The position numbers and the translations under genes were made by a program. The notes beneath the pieces were generated by a model, which saw nothing but the letters and a program-made list of their open reading frames with translations, searched no databases and was not told the DNA's origin. From an uncultured Ohtaekwangia sp. (lineage in GTDB: Bacteria > Bacteroidota > Bacteroidia > Cytophagales > Cyclobacteriaceae), in contig CAYTBO010000003.1 of the NCBI GenBank assembly GCA_964436055.1, positions 537 to 64,536 on the forward strand: 64,000 bases of DNA, given 5' to 3'. This document shows, piece after piece, positions 1 to 8,275 of this stretch (positions are counted from its first letter, which is position 1; every line of letters begins with the position of its first letter).

Positions 1-2
1 AG

Positions 3-959
3 AACATTCAAATCATTATCAAGGAAAGTGAGCAATCGGCATCCCGTGGGATGATGTCGGTATTACCTGAGGAACACGAAAAGCACAAAGCCGTAATTGA
101 AAAAAGTGTGACGCTGATGGAAGGCAACAACGTCATTGAAATTATAGCCGAAAATGAAGATGGAACAAAAACGGTAAGTCATCGCACCATCCGTATTGGT
201 ACTACAGCACTAGCCGATGCCAGCAAACTTGATCGTACGGATTACGCTATCTTATTTACTACCAATGATTATGACCACTGGCCTGACCTTACCAACCCGG
301 TAAATGATGGGCGTATGATCGCAAAAGAATTAAGGGAAAACTATGGGTTTAAAGTGGAGGTGATGGAAGGCGGATCTCAATCCGATATTTTGAAAAAAAT
401 AAGGGAGTTTGCAGAGAAGAAGTACAAGCCACTTGATCAGTTGTTTATTTTCTTCGCAGGTCATGGGCAATATGATGAAACATTCGGTGAAGGATTTGTA
501 GTAACCAAGGAGTCATTGTCCAACGATGAAGCAAAGACAACCTATCTTTCGCACAATCGACTTCGTTCTATCATCAACAATATTCCTTGCGAACACATTT
601 TCCTGGCAATGGATGTTTGTTTTGGTGGAACATTTGATGCAGCCATGGCACACCGGGGTATGGATGATGACATATACAAAGAGGCAACACAGGCTGAGAT
701 GGTCACCCGCAAACTTTCTTACAAAACCAGAAAATATCTTACTTCCGGAGGAAAAGAATACGTGCCAGATGGAAGACCCGGTATGAACTCACCTTTTGCG
801 CGCAAGTTGCTTGAGGCTTTTCGAAGCAGGGGCGGAAAGGACTTGATCTTGTCATTGGGAGAACTTAATACCTATGTAGAGGCGCTGAAGCCTCAGCCAA
901 GAATTGGTGAGTTTGGCGACAATGCGCCAGGCAGCGATTTTATTTTTATCGCCAGGTGA
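3..959 (+). CDS. Caspase-like (peptidase C14) domain protein, 5'-truncated by the window edge
   Basis: Frame open from base 3. His/Cys dyad motifs FFAGHG and MDVCFGG, family motifs LTNPVND and SPFARKLLEA, preceded by an Ig-like segment (GNNVIEIIAEN). Confidence 0.9.
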   Translation, partial: NIQIIIKESEQSASRGMMSVLPEEHEKHKAVIEKSVTLMEGNNVIEIIAENEDGTKTVSHRTIRIGTTALADASKLDRTDYAILFTTNDYDHWPDLTNPVNDGRMIAKELRENYGFKVEVMEGGSQSDILKKIREFAEKKYKPLDQLFIFFAGHGQYDETFGEGFVVTKESLSNDEAKTTYLSHNRLRSIINNIPCEHIFLAMDVCFGGTFDAAMAHRGMDDDIYKEATQAEMVTRKLSYKTRKYLTSGGKEYVPDGRPGMNSPFARKLLEAFRSRGGKDLILSLGELNTYVEALKPQPRIGEFGDNAPGSDFIFIAR

Positions 960-980
960 TTATTAGCAAAATGATTCCAG

Positions 981-1010
981 ATGGCGGGAAAGTACTTTCT
1001 CGCCATTTTT
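981..1010 (+). terminator. Rho-independent terminator after the caspase gene
   Basis: ATGGCGGGAAAG-TA-CTTTCTCGCCAT stem with one G:U pair, followed by a T run, 21 nt after the stop. Confidence 0.7.
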
Positions 1011-1188
1011 GTTTAGTTTAGACACACTTAGCTCCCTGAAAGCTAAGTACTTGAAATCCCAAGTTTTGAAAAGATTATCTTTGTTTAATAAATTTAAGAA
1101 AGATGAAATGGCCATGAATAACGTTCATCCAAAGCAATGATATAAGCCTGGCCATTCCATATGTCCTTAGACATAAAATAATTAACAT

Positions 1189-1395
1189 ATGAAAACAATA
1201 CTTTCGATTGAATCTGATTCAAAAGATAAATTGAATTTGCTTATAAAATTAGCAAGGGAAATGGGCATGACGGTTGAAACCAGCTCTGAGGCGGAAAATA
1301 TGTATTCCATGGTTTCGGAAAGTGCTTTAAGTAAAGATTGGGACAGTCAGGAAGATAAGCGCTGGGATGAAGCTTTTGCTCATTTAAAAAGTTAG
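1189..1395 (+). CDS. Small putative antitoxin of a PemK/MazF-type TA pair
   Basis: 68 aa with acidic C-terminus SESALSKDWDSQEDKRW, typical of antitoxins upstream of PemK-like toxins. Followed 6 nt later by a toxin remnant. TATCTTTG promoter element at 1076-1083. Confidence 0.65.
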   Translation: MKTILSIESDSKDKLNLLIKLAREMGMTVETSSEAENMYSMVSESALSKDWDSQEDKRWDEAFAHLKS

Positions 1396-1401
1396 TTTTA
1401 A

Positions 1402-1570
1402 ATGACTTTTAGTCAGCGCGACATTGTTGAGCGGAATCAGAGTGCATAAATTATTCTGTTTAAATGATAAATTGATACTCCACAAGGTATCGACATTGAC
1501 ACCTGCTGCTTTTAGTATGCTCCTGAACAAAATTAATGTCATTGTATTTGATAATGTTTTGTTAGGGTAA
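1402..1570 (+). pseudogene. PemK/MazF-like toxin remnant (internal deletion plus frameshift)
   Basis: ATG at 1402 gives MTFSQRDIVE (PemK-like N-terminus). The +1 frame from about 1430 gives SGIRVHKLFCLNDKLILHKVSTLTPAAFSMLLNKINVIVF (PemK-like C-terminus), stop at 1568-1570. The middle of the protein is missing. Confidence 0.7.
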
Positions 1571-1605
1571 CCCATGGGCTTACTATCAATAACACTATAG
1601 TTAAT

Positions 1606-4317
1606 ATGAAGAGAATATTTGAAGCTGTCATAGTATTTTCCATACAACTATCATTTACACTTGCTTCCGCGCAATCCGGCAATTACTTTTTGTCTCACCA
1701 TACGCCATCAATAACGGAAGATATAGATTACCTCAGTTTTGATATTGCTCAAAACGATCGGGGCATTATCTATGTCGCGAACAAAACAGGGATCGTTGAA
1801 TTTGACGGACGCAACTGGAATATTATCGAAACGCCTGGCGCTGTTTATACGATGGCGCTAGCCAATGGTAATGATCTTTTTCTGGGTGGGCTTACCGGGT
1901 ATGGCAAGCTGGCGCTTAATGAGCAAAACTCATATACCTTCCAATCCCTTTCATCGGGCAATCAGGAGGCAAGAAATATTTTCGCTTCCAGGACCTTGGG
2001 TGAAAGGATATATTTTCTCAACGAGAGTAATATTTATGTGGTGAATTCAAAAACGGAAACCACCGAGTTGACCATTAAATCTAATCCCGATCAAAGCTTC
2101 ACCGGAATATTTAACCTGGGAGAATCCATTTATGTGACCGAAGCGGATGGGGAGCTTTATTCATTGGAGAACGGAAAATTGGATAAGGCGAACCTCACAC
2201 AGTTTGCCGGTGAGGAGTTACTTTTTGAAGATCGGCTGCAGGGAACAGACAAGTACCTGGTAGGGACCAACTCAGGAAAGATTTTTATTCAGGAAAACAA
2301 TACTGCTTCTGAACTTATTGTAAAAGAACCTGAATATTTACTCGACAATGTTGCTATCATGGGGTCTTGGGTAAATGAAAAACTGATTGCCCTCGGGACG
2401 TTGAGCGGAGGTGTAATTTTTATAAATACTGAAACGGGTAAGACAGAAGAAATAATAAATTATTACACAGGTTTACCGGATAACGAAGTATTTGCCATGA
2501 TGACGGACCGTGACCAGGGTGTGTGGGTATCACATGACTATGGGTTTACACGGATAGCTCCTTACCTTCCTTTCCGCACTTACAATCACTACCCAGGTCT
2601 TTCTGGTAACTTATTAAGCGCTTATTCTACAGGCGATCAGGTTTATGTAGGCACCTCCGTGGGTCTTTATAAACTCAATCAGGAAGAAATCTATTCAGAA
2701 GAAACTTATTTTGTAACACGCACCAAAAGTGTAGCCAAGCAATCGGCCGAATCACAACCGGAAGTTGAAGCTAACCAGAAGAAAAGCAGAAAAGGCCTGT
2801 TTGGATTCCTGAAAAAAGGAAAAAAATCCGAAGAAGGGGCAAAATCAACAGATCCAAAATCCGAAGAACCAGGCAGCACTACGTTACGCGAGAAGAGAAC
2901 CAGGAGGGTGCTGCAGTCACTGGATTTTGCTTATAAAAGGGTAGAAGGTATAGATGGAAAGGTTACGGATCTGATGAAAGTGGACGGTAGACTGATAGCC
3001 GCTGGTATTGGCGGTGTTTTTGAAATTAGCGAATTAAAAGCCAGGCCGATAATTTCAGAACCGGTCAGGGCGTTATTTTTTTCCGTTGGGTTAAATCAAC
3101 TTTTTATCAGCACCTATAACGACCGGATAAGAACGCTGCAAACAGCGGAGTCGGATTGGGATGAAACGCATCTTTTGGATACGCTGAGAGGATTTGTCGG
3201 AAATATTTTTGAGGACAGGAATCAAAACGTATGGTTGTGTGGAAGAGCAGATGTGGTGAAAGTGGAATTTATTGATGGGGAAATAAGCACGATCTCTCAT
3301 GTATCCTTTGCTACTCCTGTTCTTGATGAGACAATCGGGTTTTCACTAGGTAATGAGGTTTTTGTGGCAGCTTCCGGAGCCTTTTACCGATACGATATTA
3401 TCAACCATCAATTTACTAAATACGACTCTTTACCGGGGCCAAGAAAATATTTTGCGTCCGTAGGCACTTTTTGGTTCAATGATGGTCATCGCTGGCGAAC
3501 GGTAGACCGAAGGTTGCAATCGAGCATGCGCTTGGAGTGGCTGGGCTTGTTTCCGGATATCAGAACTTTGTCGCTGGCAGATAATGGCGACGGGCTATGG
3601 CTCATTACTTCGCAAAATGAACTTTATAAATTCTCCAAGTCTGACATTGAAAATGCATCAAGAAAGTATCCCTTATTTTTGAAGCAGGTGCGGGGGCCCC
3701 AAAGCAAATTGCTGCTGACTAACTTACGAAATATTAATGAACAGGAAAGCGCTCTCTCCTTTGAGTTTATTCAGCCTGAATATACCAATGTGCACGCAAT
3801 AGAATATCAGTATATGATTCAGGGGATAAGTAAAGATTGGTCGGAGTGGTCTTCAAATAATAACGTAGTGAATTTTCCTTTTTTGACTCCCGGCAAGTAT
3901 AAGTTAAATATCAAATCACGGAATCTTTTTGGAGAAATTTCTGAGGTGCAATCCATTGATTTTAACATCATACCGCCTTATTGGAAGCGAACATGGTTTT
4001 ACGCTCTTGAATTTGTTTTCTTTGCCTTGCTTGTCGTTATTTCAGTGCAGTTAAGCGTTGCGAATAACAGATACCGGTATGTAAGCCAGCTACTCTCTAT
4101 TCTTACCATCATTATGTTCATTGAGCTTATGCAAAATGCGGCTCAGTCGCTTATTAGCGTACAAACAACACCGGTAGTTGATTTTTTTATACAGGTGTTT
4201 ATCGCCTTGTTGATTCTTCCTGTGGAATATAGAATGAGGCGATTTATGGTAGAAGCCTCTGAAGGAAAGTACGACTTGAAAAAGATTAAAATAGGCTTAA
4301 AGAAACAGCAGAATTGA
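1606..4317 (+). CDS. Two-component-regulator-type beta-propeller plus Y_Y_Y domain membrane protein lacking a cytoplasmic output domain
   Basis: Signal peptide, propeller repeats (GLPDNEVFAMMTDRDQGVW), Y_Y_Y motif (EYQYMIQG..DWSEW...FPFLTPGKYKLNIKS), PPYW followed by three hydrophobic segments. Confidence 0.8.
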   Translation: MKRIFEAVIVFSIQLSFTLASAQSGNYFLSHHTPSITEDIDYLSFDIAQNDRGIIYVANKTGIVEFDGRNWNIIETPGAVYTMALANGNDLFLGGLTGYGKLALNEQNSYTFQSLSSGNQEARNIFASRTLGERIYFLNESNIYVVNSKTETTELTIKSNPDQSFTGIFNLGESIYVTEADGELYSLENGKLDKANLTQFAGEELLFEDRLQGTDKYLVGTNSGKIFIQENNTASELIVKEPEYLLDNVAIMGSWVNEKLIALGTLSGGVIFINTETGKTEEIINYYTGLPDNEVFAMMTDRDQGVWVSHDYGFTRIAPYLPFRTYNHYPGLSGNLLSAYSTGDQVYVGTSVGLYKLNQEEIYSEETYFVTRTKSVAKQSAESQPEVEANQKKSRKGLFGFLKKGKKSEEGAKSTDPKSEEPGSTTLREKRTRRVLQSLDFAYKRVEGIDGKVTDLMKVDGRLIAAGIGGVFEISELKARPIISEPVRALFFSVGLNQLFISTYNDRIRTLQTAESDWDETHLLDTLRGFVGNIFEDRNQNVWLCGRADVVKVEFIDGEISTISHVSFATPVLDETIGFSLGNEVFVAASGAFYRYDIINHQFTKYDSLPGPRKYFASVGTFWFNDGHRWRTVDRRLQSSMRLEWLGLFPDIRTLSLADNGDGLWLITSQNELYKFSKSDIENASRKYPLFLKQVRGPQSKLLLTNLRNINEQESALSFEFIQPEYTNVHAIEYQYMIQGISKDWSEWSSNNNVVNFPFLTPGKYKLNIKSRNLFGEISEVQSIDFNIIPPYWKRTWFYALEFVFFALLVVISVQLSVANNRYRYVSQLLSILTIIMFIELMQNAAQSLISVQTTPVVDFFIQVFIALLILPVEYRMRRFMVEASEGKYDLKKIKIGLKKQQN

Positions 4318-4435
4318 ATTCTCTTAATTTTAGCTAACTTCACTTTTGGTAATTTTTGAACCGTAGCCCGGCCTGCAAGAAGTTTAATTTAAGTTCACAG
4401 ATAGCTGAATAATCCAAACTAAAAATATAAATACC

Positions 4436-5203
4436 ATGAAGCATTTATTGATACTGTGTATAGTTGGAATTATAAGTTGGTCATGTCAATCGCCCAAGGA
4501 AATTGAAAATGGGAATGAAACAAGTAATCCCCACGCAGAGGGATTTAATTTTGCTGAGTCCGATCCAGCCGCTATAGAATTGGCAGACAGCATCATGATG
4601 GCCATGGGTGGCCGGAAGAACTGGGACAATACGCGCTTTATTTCTTGGAATTTTTTTGGTGTTCGGGACCTGATATGGGACAAACCTACCGGTCGCGTTC
4701 GCATAGAAAGTATGCGTGACAGTACAATTTATCTGGTGAACGTGAATACGCTGGAAGGAAAGGTGAGGATAAAAGGAGAGGACTTGACAGAGCCTGATTC
4801 ATTGGCCAAAATGTTGAATCGGGCTAAAAGTATCTGGATCAACGATTCGTATTGGCTTATGATGCCTTTCAAACTTAAAGATTCAGGCGTTACCATAAAG
4901 TACATGGGAGAAGATACACTCGTTAATGAAAAATATTATAATGTGTTGCAACTCAGCTTTGAAAACGTAGGTGACACACCTCAAAATAAATATGATGTAT
5001 ATGTAGATGTAAAAGAGAAATTGGTAAAATACTGGTCGTTTTATCGTGAGGCCTCACAGGATTCAGCCTCTTGGACGCGGCCATGGGATAATTATCAAAA
5101 GTATGGATCAATTCTCCTGTCTGCAGACAGATCGGATAACGGTGGGCCTCGAAATGTAAAAGTTGAAGAACAATTGCCTGACGAAATATTTACTACCTTT
5201 TAG
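4436..5203 (+). CDS. Hypothetical lipoprotein
   Basis: Lipobox ISWSC; conserved-looking WINDSYWLMMPFKL motif; first gene of a tightly packed run. Confidence 0.75.
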   Translation: MKHLLILCIVGIISWSCQSPKEIENGNETSNPHAEGFNFAESDPAAIELADSIMMAMGGRKNWDNTRFISWNFFGVRDLIWDKPTGRVRIESMRDSTIYLVNVNTLEGKVRIKGEDLTEPDSLAKMLNRAKSIWINDSYWLMMPFKLKDSGVTIKYMGEDTLVNEKYYNVLQLSFENVGDTPQNKYDVYVDVKEKLVKYWSFYREASQDSASWTRPWDNYQKYGSILLSADRSDNGGPRNVKVEEQLPDEIFTTF

Positions 5204-5229
5204 TGTTGGTGTAATTTAATAAAGAAACT

Positions 5230-5748
5230 ATGCTTCTTAATCTCGAAACGATTCCTCCTTTCTATAAGAAATATGTAAAGTTGATCGAAGAAACGGATTT
5301 GCTGCAGGCACTTCGCATCTCCGGCCATCGATGTCAGGAATTGCTTCATGCTATACCCCCGGATAAGCAGGATTTTAGTTATGATGCAGGTAAGTGGACT
5401 GTACGGGAGTTACTTTGTCACCTGATCGATTCAGAAAGAATTTTTACCTATCGCGCACTGCGCTTTGCGCGAAATGATAAAACACCGTTGTCGGGATTTG
5501 ATGAGAACCTTTACACACCACAGACAAATGCAAGGGGACGTGATCTCAAAAGCATCATCAATGAAATTTCTCACCTGAGGGCATCCACCATAGATTTGTT
5601 TTCCGGGTTTAGTCCTGAAATGTTGACGCGAAGAGGAAGCGCCAATCAGGTAGAGATCAGTGTGGTCTCATTGGGCTTTATTATTGCCGGTCATGAAACC
5701 CATCATACCAAAATTCTCAAGGAACGATATTTCAGCGCCTGGGAATAG
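5230..5748 (+). CDS. DinB family protein
   Basis: YDAGKWTVRELLCHLIDSER and IAGHETHH metal-binding His motifs. Confidence 0.9.
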   Translation: MLLNLETIPPFYKKYVKLIEETDLLQALRISGHRCQELLHAIPPDKQDFSYDAGKWTVRELLCHLIDSERIFTYRALRFARNDKTPLSGFDENLYTPQTNARGRDLKSIINEISHLRASTIDLFSGFSPEMLTRRGSANQVEISVVSLGFIIAGHETHHTKILKERYFSAWE

Positions 5749-5751
5749 ATT

Positions 5752-7035
5752 ATGCGGGTTTTTCTCTATATCGCATGTTTTTTGATGGTGTCTTGTACCC
5801 CCCGAATCAAGATCAAAAAGATTTTGACAGACACGGAAGCAAAATTTCAGGATCACGTTGGGTTAATGGTTTACGATCCGCAGTCGCGAAAAACGCTGCT
5901 GGAGTTTAACTCCGACAGATACTTCACCCCTGCTTCCAATACCAAGATTTTAACATTAATGAGTAGCCTTCAGATTATTGGAGACTCGATTCCCGCATTA
6001 CGATATATCAATAAAGGAGACTCTTTGATTTTTTGGGGAACAGGAGACCCTTCTTTTTTATATAGCGAAGTGTTCGACAACAGCCGAACCTATGATTTCT
6101 TAAAAAGCCATATTGGCACCCTATTTTTTTCAAATTCCAATTTTCATTCAGCGCAATTTGGGCCAGGTTGGGCCTGGGATGATTATCAATACAGCTACTC
6201 ACCAGAACGATCTCCGTTGCCATTGTATGGAAACCTTATGACCGTTACGGACTCCATCAATGGAGAATTGAAATCTTTTCCACCATATTTTCAAGACCAA
6301 ATTTTTTTATCATCTGCACCAAGGCCTGAAAGAACAATTGAGCGGAGTGTTGGTGACAATAAGTTGACTTTTTATCCGGGGGATGGTAATACCTTTTTTA
6401 CGAGACAGATTCCCTTTCGTGTTGATGGAGAGCTGATCGTGAGTTTATTAGCTGATACATTAAAGAAGGAAGTTAAGCTCTTCCACTATCCGATACCCAC
6501 GTCCACCCATTATTTTTATAGTGTGCCATCAGATAGTTTATACAAAGTGATGATGCAGGAAAGTGACAACTTCATTGCGGAACAATTGTTGCTGGTTTGT
6601 GCTGGATTGTTGAGTGACACTTTGAAGACGGAGATTGCCATTGACTACGTGAAGGAAAATTTTCTTTTTGACTTGCCGGATGATCCGCAATGGGTAGATG
6701 GATCGGGCTTATCGCGGTACAATCTTTTTACACCTCGATCAATCGTTCGATTGTGGGAGAAAATAATTACGATTGTACCTCAGGAAAGATTATTTGAATT
6801 ATTAGCCATCGGTGGTAAGGCAGGGACAATAAAAGATTCCTATCGTGGAGACCCGCCTTATGTATTTGGTAAAACCGGCACGTTGAGCAACAATCATTGT
6901 CTGAGTGGTTTTTTGGTTACTAAAAAGAAAAAGTTGTTGATATTTAGTTTTATGAATAGCAATTACACAAGGCCTGGTCGCGAAGTACGCGATCAAATGG
7001 AGGGGGTATTAAAAGAACTGCATGCGAAGTATTAA
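5752..7035 (+). CDS. dacB: D-alanyl-D-alanine carboxypeptidase/endopeptidase (peptidase S13, PBP4-like), lipoprotein
   Basis: SxxK in PASNTKI, SxN in ESDNFIAE, KTG in FGKTGTL, also GDPSF and DGSGLSRYN; lipobox MVSC. Confidence 0.92.
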   Translation: MRVFLYIACFLMVSCTPRIKIKKILTDTEAKFQDHVGLMVYDPQSRKTLLEFNSDRYFTPASNTKILTLMSSLQIIGDSIPALRYINKGDSLIFWGTGDPSFLYSEVFDNSRTYDFLKSHIGTLFFSNSNFHSAQFGPGWAWDDYQYSYSPERSPLPLYGNLMTVTDSINGELKSFPPYFQDQIFLSSAPRPERTIERSVGDNKLTFYPGDGNTFFTRQIPFRVDGELIVSLLADTLKKEVKLFHYPIPTSTHYFYSVPSDSLYKVMMQESDNFIAEQLLLVCAGLLSDTLKTEIAIDYVKENFLFDLPDDPQWVDGSGLSRYNLFTPRSIVRLWEKIITIVPQERLFELLAIGGKAGTIKDSYRGDPPYVFGKTGTLSNNHCLSGFLVTKKKKLLIFSFMNSNYTRPGREVRDQMEGVLKELHAKY

Positions 7036-8275
7036 GGGTTATTGGCTACTGTTGTTATGTGCGGCTTTTAGCTGTTATTCATTAATGGCCCAACAGGGCG
7101 ATAGCCTGGATATAAAAATTGGCCAGATGATTCTCATCGGGGTGCCGGGAACACGCGTTGATCCCACTGTACTGCAAGAGATAAGAGACGGTAAGGCGGG
7201 CTCAATTATTTTTTTTGAAAAAAATATTTCAAATATAAATCCATATGAATCGTTGAAACAAATGGCATGGGCATTTCAGTCGGCAGCGCCTATCCCCCTT
7301 TTTATTTCTATTGATCAGGAAGGAGGAAGAGTTAATCGCCTGAAGGAAAAATATGGTTTTCCTAAATCTATTACGGCCGCTTCAATGCGCAAGTCACTCG
7401 ACTCGGTTCGCTATTATGGTCAATCAACAGGCGCCACGCTGGCCGGATTGGGGATTAATGTCAATTTTGCACCGGTGGTTGATCTGGCCATCAACCCCAA
7501 TAACCCGGTGATTGTAAGAGTTGGGCGATCGTTTGATGCCAACCCGGACACCGTTTCCCTTTTTGCAAGCGAATTTGTGAAAACCCATCGTAAGGTAGGC
7601 GTAATTACAGTGCTAAAACATTTTCCCGGCCACGGAAGCTCTAAAGATGATACGCACCTGGGGATAGCCGATGTAACCAGCACCTGGCAGAACTCGGAGC
7701 TGATTCCGTATAAAAAGATGATTCAATCCGGCCATGTTGATGCGATTATGACAGCACATATTGTAAACAAAAAATTAGATGGCAGAGGACTGCCGGGAAC
7801 ATTATCAAATCTAATCATTGATAGTTTGCTGAGGCAAACGTTGCAATATGACGGAGTGGTGTTTTCGGATGATATGCAAATGCATGCTATTGAGAAGTAT
7901 TACGGACTGGAGGAAGCCATTAAGCTTGCTGTGAATGCAGGAGTAGATATTCTCACTTTTTCAAATAACATTCAGGGCAGTGAGGACAGAACGGTCAATC
8001 GGGTTCATGAAATTATCAGGAAATTTGTTGACAATGGAACGATACCTGTAGCGAGAATAGACCGGTCCTTTGAGCGTATCATGAAGTTGAAGAGCAAACT
8101 AACCATGGAGGCGGCCGACTACTATAGTTGGGAGCTGGCGCAAAAACAAACAGAATTGAATAAAGCAGAATTGGAAAAAGCCAACTTGTTAAATATAATG
8201 CAAGTAAATGATTCACTTCAATCGGAATCAGGTGAAACCCAAAAGCCTAGAAAGAAGAAAAAGCGTAAAAACTGA
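7022..8275 (+). CDS. nagZ: Glycoside hydrolase family 3, beta-N-acetylhexosaminidase-like, with signal peptide
   Basis: IDQEGGRV, NFAPVVD, KHFPGHG, IMTAH and FSDDMQM motifs. Confidence 0.88.
   Translation: MRSIKGYWLLLLCAAFSCYSLMAQQGDSLDIKIGQMILIGVPGTRVDPTVLQEIRDGKAGSIIFFEKNISNINPYESLKQMAWAFQSAAPIPLFISIDQEGGRVNRLKEKYGFPKSITAASMRKSLDSVRYYGQSTGATLAGLGINVNFAPVVDLAINPNNPVIVRVGRSFDANPDTVSLFASEFVKTHRKVGVITVLKHFPGHGSSKDDTHLGIADVTSTWQNSELIPYKKMIQSGHVDAIMTAHIVNKKLDGRGLPGTLSNLIIDSLLRQTLQYDGVVFSDDMQMHAIEKYYGLEEAIKLAVNAGVDILTFSNNIQGSEDRTVNRVHEIIRKFVDNGTIPVARIDRSFERIMKLKSKLTMEAADYYSWELAQKQTELNKAELEKANLLNIMQVNDSLQSESGETQKPRKKKKRKN

Noticed and set aside
1104-1158. AATGGCCA / TGGCCATT inverted repeat in the antitoxin leader as a riboswitch or antitoxin RNA
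   Set aside because: Short stem only, no recognisable riboswitch motif; could be an operator but unsupported.
1384-1647. 87-aa minus-strand ORF
   Set aside because: Antisense to the PemK/MazF remnant and overlaps both neighbours; no motif.
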